Shown: positions 28,619-38,265, numbered from the stretch's first letter. The stretch: 64,000 nt of DNA from Acidobacteriota bacterium (GCA_965248635.1 OZ252114.1:1365838-1429837), one strand, 5' to 3'. Numbers and translations are program-made. The notes: generated by a model from the sequence alone, not told the origin.

Positions 28619-29431
28619 TTGCCCGGTCGAGGTTCAGATATGTACTATCTTCGGAATTTGATTGCTCTTTCCCTTGCCGCAGTTGTCGTCCTGGGCTGCG
28701 GAGGCGGTGGCGACGCAGGCTCCCCGTCGCCGGCTGAAACTCCCGGAGAGACGCCCGCTGCCGCGCCGGCCGGGAAATCGGTGGATGCTGCAACTGCCGG
28801 AAGTGTCTCTGGGAAAGTGAATTACGCCGGTGAACAGGGCCGGAGAGCTCGGATCCGGATGAATGCCGATCCCAACTGCGCCAGCCAGCACAGCTCTCCT
28901 GTCTACGCGCAGAACCTGGAAATCAACGAGAACGGGACCCTTCAATACGCCTTCGTGTTCGTCAAGGCGGGTCTCGAAGACTACACCTTCCAGCCTCCTG
29001 CAGAAGCAGTAACATTGGATCAGAAGGGGTGTCTTTATACACCTCACGTGATGGGCATCCAGGCAGGCCAGGAATTGAATGTGTCGAACAGCGATGCAAC
29101 GATCCACAACATCAATCCTTCCCCTGCCAATAATCGGGACTGGAACGTCTCGCAGGCTCCCAATTCAGATCCGATCGTCCGCCGCTTCCCGCGTGCGGAA
29201 ATCATGATCCCGGTCAAGTGTAATGTCCATCCCTGGATGAAGGCGTACATGGGCGTTGTGGCCCATCCCTATTTCGCTGTCACCGGGACCGATGGAAGTT
29301 ACAGTCTAGAGGGCCTGCCTCCGGGAGACTACACGGTAGAAGTCTGGCATGAGAAGCTGGGGGCCCAGGAGCAGAAGATCACAGTGTCTGCGAATCAGGC
29401 TGCCACACTGGACTTTAACTACGGAGGCTAG
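28619..29431 (+). CDS. Putative cupredoxin-like (type-1 copper) lipoprotein with C-terminal CarboxypepD_reg-like beta-sandwich
   Basis: 270 aa, lipobox (VVLGC). His-Asn (ATIHNIN) 38 residues upstream of a C-x2-H-x2-M loop (KCNVHPWMKAYMG), the same spacing as pseudoazurin/amicyanin copper ligands. The copper site is an inference. Confidence 0.45.
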   Translation: MPGRGSDMYYLRNLIALSLAAVVVLGCGGGGDAGSPSPAETPGETPAAAPAGKSVDAATAGSVSGKVNYAGEQGRRARIRMNADPNCASQHSSPVYAQNLEINENGTLQYAFVFVKAGLEDYTFQPPAEAVTLDQKGCLYTPHVMGIQAGQELNVSNSDATIHNINPSPANNRDWNVSQAPNSDPIVRRFPRAEIMIPVKCNVHPWMKAYMGVVAHPYFAVTGTDGSYSLEGLPPGDYTVEVWHEKLGAQEQKITVSANQAATLDFNYGG

Positions 29432-29494
29432 GAGCGGGCTCCGGTCCTCTTTCCGACTGGTTGAGCCAGCAGTCCCTCCAGGCACTCGATCTCC

Positions 29495-30430
29495 ATGAGC
29501 AGGGCGAACAACCGTGCACTCCACCTGTTCTGCGTCTTGCTGGCTGTGTGTACGTTTGTCCTGATCGTCGCCGGCGGGCTTGTCACCAGCAACGATGCAG
29601 GTCTGTCGGTTCCGGATTGGCCGCTCTCCTACGGACAGTGGATGCCCCGGATGGTGGGTGGGGTTTTCTACGAGCACGGCCATCGCATGATCGCGGCCAC
29701 GGTAGGGATGCTCACGGTGGTTCTGGCCTGCTGGCTTTTTCTGGCCGGGGCGGATCACCTCTTAAAGAGGCTGGGCTTCTTTGCGGTGGTGGCGGTCGTG
29801 TTGCAGGGAGTACTGGGGGGACTGACGGTGTTGCTCGAGCTTCCAGTGGCGGTTTCCGTGCTTCACGCCATACTGGCACAGGGTTTTTTCTGCATCGTGA
29901 TCTCTCTGACACTGTTTACATCACCGTCCTGGCCGCCCGCTGCGGCCGACCTGGCCCCGTCCGTCCAGCCAGGGTTTCGGACAGCTCGACTCCTCACCCT
30001 CGCATTGTTTGTCCAGCTCCTTCTGGGTGCCGTGCTCCGTCACAGTGGTACTATCGACGGGGTAAAGGCCACCCGGATCGATTTGCTGGCTCTGGCGGGG
30101 CACCTGGTCGGAGCGCTGTTCGTCGCTGGTTTGATCGTAACCATAGGATTGCCGATTCTAAAGACCGTCTCGACCGGCCCGATAGCCCGGTTGAGCAGCC
30201 TTCTGCTCGGACTCCTGGTCGTGCAGCTCGGATTGGGAGTCGGTGCACTGATGGTGCGCCTCCAGGCCGGCGATCGAATTCAGCCGATGCCCGCTGATGT
30301 TGGTGTGACAACAGCGCACGTGGCCGTTGGTGCCCTCATGCTGGCTGCGAGTCTCATCCTCACGCTGCTCCGGTACTCTGACGAGGCTGGTGACAGAGCG
30401 GTGACGCTGGGCCCCGGTGAGGTTTCATGA
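29495..30430 (+). CDS. ctaA: Heme A synthase
   Basis: 311 aa, 8 TM helices, conserved His pairs (EHGHRM), COX15/CtaA family. Confidence 0.85.
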   Translation: MSRANNRALHLFCVLLAVCTFVLIVAGGLVTSNDAGLSVPDWPLSYGQWMPRMVGGVFYEHGHRMIAATVGMLTVVLACWLFLAGADHLLKRLGFFAVVAVVLQGVLGGLTVLLELPVAVSVLHAILAQGFFCIVISLTLFTSPSWPPAAADLAPSVQPGFRTARLLTLALFVQLLLGAVLRHSGTIDGVKATRIDLLALAGHLVGALFVAGLIVTIGLPILKTVSTGPIARLSSLLLGLLVVQLGLGVGALMVRLQAGDRIQPMPADVGVTTAHVAVGALMLAASLILTLLRYSDEAGDRAVTLGPGEVS

Positions 30431-31317
30431 AGAGTGAGGCAGCCGTCAGAGTGTCCGCTTCGGGTGGATTCCTGTTCCCTTACTTCGAGCTCCTGAAGCC
30501 GAGAGTTTCTTTCCTGGTCGTGTTGACCACCGCCGCCGGGTTTACTCTGGCATCAGCTCTCCCCGTCGACTGGCCCGCTCTGACCTGGACCGTGCTGGGC
30601 ACTGCTTTGCTCTCGGGTGGATCCGCTTGCCTGAATCAGGTCATGGAGCGCCAGCCGGACTCTCGCATGACCCGGACGGCCGGTCGCCCTTTACCCACAG
30701 CACGAGTCAGTGTGGGGTCGGCGACTGCCTTCGGAATCGTATTGATCCTGGCTGGTACGGTCGTCCTCCTGTCCACCACCAGAGTGCTTCCGGCTGCCCT
30801 GGGGCTGGCCAGCGCCGCTGTCTATCTCTTTGCGTATACACCCTTGAAGAGACGGACGGCTTTCTGCACTACGGTGGGGGCAGTACCGGGCGCCATTCCT
30901 CCTTTGATCGGCTGGACCGCTGCCGGCGGACAACTCAACCTGGAAGCCTGGATGCTTTTCGGGATCCTCTTCTTTTGGCAGTATCCCCATTTTCTGGCCA
31001 TTGCCTGGATCTATCGGGATGATTACCGGAAGGGCGGGTTCAAAATGCTTCCCCTGGACGATCCATCCGGGAAAAGGACAGCCGGGCAGATTGTTCTTTT
31101 TGCGGTCCTGCTCTGCGCTGTCAGCCTGTTTCCCTGGGCATTTGGACTCGCCGGCAGAATCTATTTCTTTACCGCTCTGCTGGCCGGTATCGCTTTTCTG
31201 GCAACGACTCTCAGCCTGCTGAAGATCCCCACAACACCTTACGCTCGATATGTCATGAGGGCTTCCGTCTTCTATCTACCTTGGCTGCTGGCGGTCCTGG
31301 TCTGGGATCGGCTCTGA
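30427..31317 (+). CDS. ctaB: Protoheme IX farnesyltransferase (heme O synthase)
   Basis: 296 aa UbiA-family prenyltransferase with Asp-rich motifs. Overlaps the ctaA stop (ATGA). Confidence 0.9.
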   Translation: MKSEAAVRVSASGGFLFPYFELLKPRVSFLVVLTTAAGFTLASALPVDWPALTWTVLGTALLSGGSACLNQVMERQPDSRMTRTAGRPLPTARVSVGSATAFGIVLILAGTVVLLSTTRVLPAALGLASAAVYLFAYTPLKRRTAFCTTVGAVPGAIPPLIGWTAAGGQLNLEAWMLFGILFFWQYPHFLAIAWIYRDDYRKGGFKMLPLDDPSGKRTAGQIVLFAVLLCAVSLFPWAFGLAGRIYFFTALLAGIAFLATTLSLLKIPTTPYARYVMRASVFYLPWLLAVLVWDRL

Positions 31318-31320
31318 AAA

Positions 31321-31362
31321 CGTTTCTCGTTCCTCGTTCCTCCAACGAGGAACGCGGAACGC
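31321..31362. terminator. Hairpin of inverted heptamer units (CGTTCCT x2 / AGGAACG x2) between convergent ctaB and the phosphatase gene
   Basis: CGTTTCTCGTTCCTCGTTCCTCC AACGAGGAACGCGGAACG gives a roughly 14-bp stem. No U-tract, as in many high-GC intrinsic terminators. Confidence 0.5.
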
Positions 31363-31364
31363 CC

Positions 31365-33023
31365 CTACTTGATCCGTTCCGTTAAGAGGAAAGTGATGTC
31401 GTCGGTCTGGGCGCGATTCTGCGTGAAGTCCTCGATGGCATTCAGGATGCTTACCTGAAGCGCTTCGGCTCCCTTGCTGCCGTTTTCCTGGATGAGCTTG
31501 ATCAGCCTCCCTTCCTCATACATGTCCCCTTTCATGTTTTCGGCTTCGGTCAACCCGTCCGAGTAGACCACGAGAAGATCACCCTGGTTGAGCTGAATCG
31601 GAATGGCGCTGTAGTCAGCAAAGTCAAAAGCTCCCAGGACCAGATCCTCGGAGCGCAACTCTTCGATCGTCCCATCCTCCTTTCGGTAGAGATAGGCCGG
31701 ATTGTGCCCTGCGCCGACGTAGTGACCCGTTCCATTTTCATCCAGGCTAAACAGGAAGAGGGTCACAAATCGGTTTGACTGGGTTCTCTCGCAGATAAAC
31801 AAGTTGGCCCGCGCCAGGGCCTCGGTCGTCTCCATGCCCGACCGGAGTTGTAGATCCAGGGCCCCCTGCAGAAGAGAACTCAGCAACGCAGCCGAGACTC
31901 CCTTCCCGGAGACATCCGCCAGGACTCCGATCAGCACATTGGTGCCCACGTCATAGAAGTCATAAAAATCGCCCCCCACATGATGGGTCGGCTCGCTGAA
32001 GGCACGCAACTCGTAGGACTCGGTCTGGGGCAATGTAGGAGGCAGCAGTGTGCGCTGGGTCTCTTGGGCCAGGGCCATTTCTTTTTCGAAAACCTTCCTC
32101 TCTTCCATGGCCTCCAGCATCCTCAGCTTTTCAAACACGTTGCCTGCTTCCAGGGCGAGTTTGCTGAGGATTTTCTCGTCCAGACCGGAGAGGGCGTGCA
32201 TCGTCTTGGTGCTGTCCAGATAGAGGATTCCCCGGACCTCCATCTCTTCCGAGTCCGGAGAAACCCACTTGAGTGGCAGGCAGGCCAGAGCTCTCAGGTT
32301 CATGGCCACAATGCTGTCCTGCTGAGCCAGATCACCGGCGATTCCCTTGGTCATGAACACGTCTTCGCCGGTTGCGGCCACCTGGCGGACTACCGTCTTA
32401 CTGGCCTGCACGAACTCGGACTCCCCCATGATGCGGCCGTGACCGTCCATCCCCACCACATACTCGAAACCGGCAGCCTCACCCATGAGGATGAAACCGC
32501 TCTCCGCCCCGGAAATCTTGAGTGCGGAGAGGAGGATCTGCTCAAAGGTACTGTTGGCCGAGAAGCTCTGTCCGAAGTTGTACTGGAAGTCGAGAAGAAT
32601 CGACATCTTCTCGAGATCGGACTGCCCCGTGTAGGCAGAGGGAAGGTGCTGAATCAGTTCGAGAATGGAGGTACCTTCATCGATCGTTGTGTCGTCGTGC
32701 CCATCCCGGGGATTGCCCACGAAATAAGTGATCTCGACTTGAGACCTGCCCTGCCCCAGCGAGATCCGGTCGCCCGATCGAAGAACCTGTTCGGTCATGC
32801 GATGACCGTTGACGAAAGAGCCGTGGGTACTCTGAAGATCGACCAGGTTGTAGCCGTCCTGACCCTTCACGATTCTGGCGTGGTGGCGCGAGACATAGGG
32901 GTCCGTCAGGATCACGTCGGCATCCGATTTGCGACCCAGGAGTGTCTCATCCACGGACAGGACTAAGATCTGTTCTTGACCTTCGGAGGTAAACCATCGC
33001 AGGTACGGACTTCTCATCACCAT
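31365..33023 (-). CDS. FHA-GAF-PP2C (SpoIIE/RsbU-like) serine/threonine phosphatase
   Basis: 552 aa. N-terminal FHA (GRKSDADVIL...VSRHHARI), central GAF, C-terminal PP2C ending in DDITFLL. Confidence 0.85.
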   Translation of the reverse strand: MVMRSPYLRWFTSEGQEQILVLSVDETLLGRKSDADVILTDPYVSRHHARIVKGQDGYNLVDLQSTHGSFVNGHRMTEQVLRSGDRISLGQGRSQVEITYFVGNPRDGHDDTTIDEGTSILELIQHLPSAYTGQSDLEKMSILLDFQYNFGQSFSANSTFEQILLSALKISGAESGFILMGEAAGFEYVVGMDGHGRIMGESEFVQASKTVVRQVAATGEDVFMTKGIAGDLAQQDSIVAMNLRALACLPLKWVSPDSEEMEVRGILYLDSTKTMHALSGLDEKILSKLALEAGNVFEKLRMLEAMEERKVFEKEMALAQETQRTLLPPTLPQTESYELRAFSEPTHHVGGDFYDFYDVGTNVLIGVLADVSGKGVSAALLSSLLQGALDLQLRSGMETTEALARANLFICERTQSNRFVTLFLFSLDENGTGHYVGAGHNPAYLYRKEDGTIEELRSEDLVLGAFDFADYSAIPIQLNQGDLLVVYSDGLTEAENMKGDMYEEGRLIKLIQENGSKGAEALQVSILNAIEDFTQNRAQTDDITFLLTERIK

Positions 33024-33105
33024 GAGTAGTTAAAACAAAGGCTGGCCAAATTCAACAGGAAAAGAGATTGCGGCAGCGGCTGAGCCGTTGCGGCCAAGCG
33101 CGCTT

Positions 33106-33522
33106 TCATGGTCCGATTTCATGATACCGGCCCTCATAAAAGAGTAAGGGATCGCGAGGTTTGCGGCTCAGGCACCCCTCGGCAACTCGGCCTACCAGGA
33201 TAGTGTGGTCTCCACCCGGACAGGTGGTCTCCAGTTCACACTCAAGGCAGGCCAGGCAACCTCGGATCAGGGGGGCTCCCAGGGCCCCTCTCCAGTTCAG
33301 GTACCGTGTCCGATCGACCCCCGACCTGGCAAAGTGGTCGGACAAGTGAACTTGTTTCGCGGACAGGATGTTGATTGCAAACACTTTGCTCTCGAGAAAA
33401 GAGTTGAGCTCGGCCACCTGGTTGTGGAGACAGACTAGAACTAGAAGGGGGTCCAGCGAGACAGAAGTAAAGGAGTTCACGGTGATTCCATAGGGTCTTC
33501 CCGCACCGTCGCAGGTGGTCAC
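33106..33522 (-). CDS. Flavin reductase-like (FMN-binding split barrel) protein, possibly N-terminally truncated
   Basis: 138 aa with GITVNSFTSVSLDPLLV... typical of flavin reductase family cores. An in-frame stop lies 13 codons upstream with no alternative start. Confidence 0.55.
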   Translation of the reverse strand: MTTCDGAGRPYGITVNSFTSVSLDPLLVLVCLHNQVAELNSFLESKVFAINILSAKQVHLSDHFARSGVDRTRYLNWRGALGAPLIRGCLACLECELETTCPGGDHTILVGRVAEGCLSRKPRDPLLFYEGRYHEIGP

Positions 33523-33705
33523 GATCTTGCGAAATTTCCCAGGATTTTTCGGAACAGTTCAGGATTCATTTTCAACGCGGATACTCCCCTTTCAAGAAAG
33601 AAGCACTTTAGCAGTTCTACGGTTCGCCTACCAGGTTACGGGAGAAGCGTAGGGGCCGGTCTTGTGCCGGCCCGTTTCGCGACCGGGATTTAGATGTCGG
33701 CGCCA

Positions 33706-33779
33706 GGAAAGTGAGAGGGGCCTCAGGGCTGCGTCCGGGAATTTAAACGTCCTCCGCCCTGAGGCCCCTCTCACTTTCC
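33706..33779. repeat. Perfect 24-bp inverted repeat (GGAAAGTGAGAGGGGCCTCAGGGC / GCCCTGAGGCCCCTCTCACTTTCC) with 26-nt spacer, just downstream of dnaE2
   Basis: Arms at 33706-33729 and 33756-33779. Followed by CCAGAAC CCAGAAC heptamers before the dnaE2 stop at 33796. Confidence 0.85.
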
Positions 33780-33795
33780 AGAACCCAGAACCCAT

Positions 33796-36700
33796 TTAGT
33801 GAAAATCATGTGAAGGGAGTTTTGCATCTCGGATTCGCAGAGGCCAGAAGCGATTCGCCAGTACGGAGACGACGTTATCGGAATTCTGTACGACGCCTTC
33901 AATGAGGAGAAACGGATGGCTCACCAGAGTGATCCGGTTTTTCTTGAAAACAGGAGGCTTGACCACAATGTTGGCGATACCGGTTTCATCCTCGAGGCTC
34001 AGAAAAAGAAATCCTCTGGCGGTTAAAGGGCGCTGGCGGACGATGATCCCCCCGGCAACCCGAACCCGTTGACCATTTTTGACCGAAGCCAGACAGGAGG
34101 CTGAAACGGCTCCCTTCTTAGCTACGAACTCGCGGATAAGCGCCATCGGATGAGGGCCTGTTGTCAGTTTGGTTCCCCGATAATCTGCCTGAAGGCGTTC
34201 CAGTGCATTCATGTCCGGAAGGGGGTACCCGCTGTCACTTACGGAAGGAATGGAATCCAAGAGGGGACCGGATGGACGGGACGCTTCTTCTACTTGCCAG
34301 AGGGCTTTGCGGCGTTTCATTCCAAAGCAGTTCAAGGCACCGATTTCGGCCAGTGTCACCAGTTCCGGTTTTTGCAGTCGACATCTCTTCACAAAGTCAT
34401 CCAGATCTCGGAAAGATCGCCTCTGACGTTGTTCAACGATGCGACGACCTGCTTTCTCCCGGAGTCCCTGGGTGTAGCAAAGCCCCAGTCTCACTGAACC
34501 TTCGAGTTCAATCGTACAGAGCCAGTCCGATTTTGTGACATCAATGGACCGGATCTGCTGGCCACGGTGTTGAGCATCTTTGACGAGAGTTGCCGGGCGA
34601 TAAAAACCCATGGGTTGATTGTTCAGGAGAGAAGCATAGAAGGCTTCCGGAAAGTAGACTTTCATATAGGCACTCGCGTAAGCCAGCAAAGCGAAACTGG
34701 CTGAATGAGATTCAGGAAAACCATAGAGTGCAAAGGAGGATATGTAACGGATGATGGTGGCTGCCGTTTCACCGCGGATTCCGTTTCTTTCCATACCCCG
34801 GCGAAGCTTGGCTTCAATCTTTTCCATCCTTTGTTCAGAACGCTTGAAACCAAGTGCGCGTCTGAGTTCTTCGGCTTCACCTCCGGAGAATCCCGCCACG
34901 GTCATTGCAATCTTCAGAAGCTGTTCCTGGAAAATGGGGATACCAAGAGTGCGCTTGAGTATGGGTTTCAGGGAGGGGTGAGGGTAGGTGACAGGTTCCA
35001 GCCCGGCTCGTCTTCTCAAATACGGATGCACCATCTGCCCCACAATCGGCCCGGGTCGAATGATTGCGATCTCCACGACTAAATCATAAAAACAAACCGG
35101 TTTGAGGCGAGGCAAGGTCGCCATCTGAGCCCGGCTTTCGACCTGGAACAACCCGACCGTGTCTGCTTTCTGCAAGAGCTCATATACACGAGGGTCATCC
35201 TGGGGAAGATGGGCCAGATCCACCTGCTCACCCGAGTGCCTGTGAATCAGGTGGATCGCATCCTGCAGCGCTGACATCATTCCCAGACCCAGCAGATCGA
35301 CCTTGATAATGCCCAGATCGGCACAGTCTTCTTTGTCCCATTGAATGACTCGCCTGCCCGGCATACTGGCATTCTCCAGGGGAACGACCAAATCGAGCCG
35401 GCCTCGGGCAATGACCATTCCTCCGCTGTGCTGCCCGAGATGTCGAGGGAGATCTTGAATCCGCCGCCACAGCTCAAAAAAGAGCCGGGTCCGATGATGA
35501 GAAGGGTCCAGGCCGGATTTCCTGAAGTGATCAGTGTCGATTTCCTCGGGATGAGGTCCCCAGCTGGTGAGTAGTTTGGAAAGTCGATTGATGACTTCAG
35601 GAGCGAATCCGAAGCTTTTCCCAACTTCTCGTGCTGCACTTCGGGCTCGATAGGTGATTACGTTGGCCGTCATGGCTGCTCCAAGTTGCCCGTAGCGTTC
35701 GTAGACATATTGGATGACCTGTTCCCTCCGGTCTCCACTGGGGAGATCAATGTCGATATCGGGCCATTCACCTCGTTCCTCTGAAAGAAATCGCTCAAAA
35801 AGTAGATCCATTCCCACCGGGTCGACGGCAGTGATCTCAAGGCTGTAGCAAACAGCACTGTTGGCAGCGGACCCGCGGCCCTGCGCCAGGATTCCCTGTT
35901 TTTGGCAGAACTGAACCAAGTCCCAGACGATGAGAAAGTAACCGGCCAGGTCCAGTTTTTCGATCAATGCAAGTTCTTTCTCGATTTGCCGGCGAGCCCG
36001 TTGATGGTAGGGGCGATAACGCCCTCGGGCTCCCTGCTGGGTCAACTTTCTGAGATAGCTGTTCATGGTCTCCCCGACTGGGAGAGGAAAGAGTGGAAAC
36101 TGATATCCCAGGTTCTCCAATGTGAAATGAAGCCGTTGGCTCAAGCGGCAGCTGTTCTGAAGAGCTGCCTGTAGATCACTGAAGAGAGATTGCATTTCTG
36201 CAGGCGGCTTGAGATATCGTTCTGAATTCACTGCCAGAACTCGGCCGGCTTCTGGCAATGTCGTCTTCTTACGGATGCAGGTCAGGACATCCTGCAGAGG
36301 CCGGCGTTGCTGGTTCGCATACAGGACTCCGTTTGAGGCCAGCAGGTTCAGACCATGGCGTTCTGACAGACTGATCAGGATTTGATTCAGGCGTTCCTGA
36401 TCACGCAGGAAGTGGCGCTGGATCTCGACAAAGACACCCTGGCTCCCAAAGATCCCCTTGAGACGATCCAGCATCCGAGAGGCTTTTCGCAAACCGTTAT
36501 TGCAAATCGCTTTTGCGATGGGTCCCTCCAGATTCCCGGTCAGGCACACCAGTCCTTTCGAGTGCGACTCAATCTCGTCAAAGTCGACCGCTCCCGTTCC
36601 CTTGGGAGCCCGCAACTTCATTCGAGTGATGAGCTGGCACAGATTCTGATAGCCCTTGCGATTCTTCACCAGGAGGGGAAGTTCTCCTCCTCCTTTCAAA

Positions 36701-36900
36701 CTGATTCGCGCTCCTACCAGAGGGCGAACTCCTGCTTCGCGGCAGGCTTTGTAGAATCGGGGTGCTCCAGAAACTCCATCTCTGTCGAGCAGGGCAAGGG
36801 CAGGGTATTCCAGCCGGGCCGCCTCTCGAGCCAGTTCTTCCGGTAAGGAAGCTCCTTCCAGGAAGCTGAAAGCACTACTGGTTTTCAGTTCGATGTACAT
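33796..36900 (-). CDS. dnaE2: Error-prone DNA polymerase (DnaE2/ImuC)
   Basis: 1034 aa, PHP plus pol III alpha catalytic core. Sits in an imuA-imuB-dnaE2 arrangement. Confidence 0.9.
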   Translation of the reverse strand: MYIELKTSSAFSFLEGASLPEELAREAARLEYPALALLDRDGVSGAPRFYKACREAGVRPLVGARISLKGGGELPLLVKNRKGYQNLCQLITRMKLRAPKGTGAVDFDEIESHSKGLVCLTGNLEGPIAKAICNNGLRKASRMLDRLKGIFGSQGVFVEIQRHFLRDQERLNQILISLSERHGLNLLASNGVLYANQQRRPLQDVLTCIRKKTTLPEAGRVLAVNSERYLKPPAEMQSLFSDLQAALQNSCRLSQRLHFTLENLGYQFPLFPLPVGETMNSYLRKLTQQGARGRYRPYHQRARRQIEKELALIEKLDLAGYFLIVWDLVQFCQKQGILAQGRGSAANSAVCYSLEITAVDPVGMDLLFERFLSEERGEWPDIDIDLPSGDRREQVIQYVYERYGQLGAAMTANVITYRARSAAREVGKSFGFAPEVINRLSKLLTSWGPHPEEIDTDHFRKSGLDPSHHRTRLFFELWRRIQDLPRHLGQHSGGMVIARGRLDLVVPLENASMPGRRVIQWDKEDCADLGIIKVDLLGLGMMSALQDAIHLIHRHSGEQVDLAHLPQDDPRVYELLQKADTVGLFQVESRAQMATLPRLKPVCFYDLVVEIAIIRPGPIVGQMVHPYLRRRAGLEPVTYPHPSLKPILKRTLGIPIFQEQLLKIAMTVAGFSGGEAEELRRALGFKRSEQRMEKIEAKLRRGMERNGIRGETAATIIRYISSFALYGFPESHSASFALLAYASAYMKVYFPEAFYASLLNNQPMGFYRPATLVKDAQHRGQQIRSIDVTKSDWLCTIELEGSVRLGLCYTQGLREKAGRRIVEQRQRRSFRDLDDFVKRCRLQKPELVTLAEIGALNCFGMKRRKALWQVEEASRPSGPLLDSIPSVSDSGYPLPDMNALERLQADYRGTKLTTGPHPMALIREFVAKKGAVSASCLASVKNGQRVRVAGGIIVRQRPLTARGFLFLSLEDETGIANIVVKPPVFKKNRITLVSHPFLLIEGVVQNSDNVVSVLANRFWPLRIRDAKLPSHDFH

Positions 36901-36904
36901 TCTT

Positions 36905-36995
36905 TTGCCTCCCGTCTCCCGCCTCTGGCGGTGGAGACCGAGAGTGGGAGGGGCCTCTCCCGCCTCCCGCCTCCCCCTCCCGTCTCCCGCTTCCC
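36905..36995. repeat. C-rich heptamer repeat tract (CTCCCGC variants) with internal complementarity, imuB-dnaE2 intergenic
   Basis: CCTCCCGTCTCCCGCCTCTGGCGGTGGAGACCGAGAGTGGGAGGGGCCTCTCCCGCCTCCCGCCTCCCCCTCCCGTCTCCCGCTTCCCG. Confidence 0.75.
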
Positions 36996-36999
36996 GAAA

Positions 37000-38265
37000 T
37001 CAATCGTAAATCCCCTCAACAAAGTGTTTTCCCACAAGTTCATCCCAGTAGATTCGATATACCACACCATCCACCATTTCGATGTCCCACTCGTCTCGAG
37101 ACCAGGCCCTGTCTGAGTTTCCAGGTTCCTGAACTCTTTCCATTTCCCACCAGTTTCCAGAGGATCGCCAGGGACCGGAGCAGCCGACGATTCGGTGAGT
37201 GTGTACTTCGATCGGTTGAGGGGGTCGCAGTCTTCGCAGAACCAGGCTCACTCGCATTCTCCCCGGGCTCTCCTGAGGCAAAGACGTTGAGCTCTTCTCG
37301 AGAACAACCGGAAAAGGAGTGAGTTGATAACGATCGGGCTGGTGGCTATCCGCCGGCACAACGGTTCCCAGATGAGATTCCCCGGTGAGCGCGTTCAGTC
37401 TGGAGAGAGTTCGCGAGAATTGCTCCGGATGAGTCTGGTGCGGCTCCAGCAGAGAGTGTTGAAAAATCTGAGGCCGCGAAGGTTGTGCTTCCAGCTCGAC
37501 CCGAGAAATTGCAGCCGTGGGTTTTCTGGATTCGAGTTTCAGGCGCAGCAGGGAGAGCAGGATTTTGGGATTTCGCATCGGAAAGGCCAGAGAAACGGAT
37601 TGCCGGTACCGGCCCTCATTCACCAGTTCGAGGCGAAGATCCAGGCGATCGGTTGCCAGTCCGTGATCTTCCAGTTGGCGACAGAGTTGCTCCAGGAGTT
37701 TCCCGAACAAGAAGGTCAAAGGCTCAAGATCTTCAATCTCCCACTGCAGTTCTTCCACGGCAACAAAACGTGGTGGTTCGGTTACTGGTTCAAAAGGCTT
37801 CAAATCTTTCCCGCGAGCCAGTCGCTGAAGCTGTAGTCCTTCCTCTCCCATTCGGGCTACGAGCTGTGACCGGGGAAGATCAGCCAGTAAACCGATTCGG
37901 CATATCCCCCACCGTTGCAAGGTTGCCAGGATCTCGTCTGAAAAGGAGTGCAGCGCGAACAAGTGTTCAATCGAGAAGTCCCGAATGAATTGGCTGGTCT
38001 GTGGTTCCGGAACGCGGCTGCCTGGTTTCAAACGCGCTGCCAGAATCGCCACAATCCTGGATGAAGCCAGGCCAAAATGAAGAGGTTCCGTCTGAATGCT
38101 GATTTGAAGTAATCGATCGAATACCTGTTCCTCGTATCGTTGAGAAACAGGGAACAGAACGGCACCCGAAGGATGTTTTTCCGCGCGCGGGGAAAACGAT
38201 CTGGCGATGCTCAGAGTGGAGCGCGGGTCAGAGCTGTAGATGGCAATAAATCTTGACATGGCCAT
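37000..38265 (-). CDS. imuB: ImuB (Y-family polymerase-like accessory protein of the mutagenesis cassette)
   Basis: 421 aa, UmuC/DinB-like N-terminal fold lacking a clear catalytic triad context. Located between imuA and dnaE2. Confidence 0.8.
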   Translation of the reverse strand: MAMSRFIAIYSSDPRSTLSIARSFSPRAEKHPSGAVLFPVSQRYEEQVFDRLLQISIQTEPLHFGLASSRIVAILAARLKPGSRVPEPQTSQFIRDFSIEHLFALHSFSDEILATLQRWGICRIGLLADLPRSQLVARMGEEGLQLQRLARGKDLKPFEPVTEPPRFVAVEELQWEIEDLEPLTFLFGKLLEQLCRQLEDHGLATDRLDLRLELVNEGRYRQSVSLAFPMRNPKILLSLLRLKLESRKPTAAISRVELEAQPSRPQIFQHSLLEPHQTHPEQFSRTLSRLNALTGESHLGTVVPADSHQPDRYQLTPFPVVLEKSSTSLPQESPGRMRVSLVLRRLRPPQPIEVHTHRIVGCSGPWRSSGNWWEMERVQEPGNSDRAWSRDEWDIEMVDGVVYRIYWDELVGKHFVEGIYD

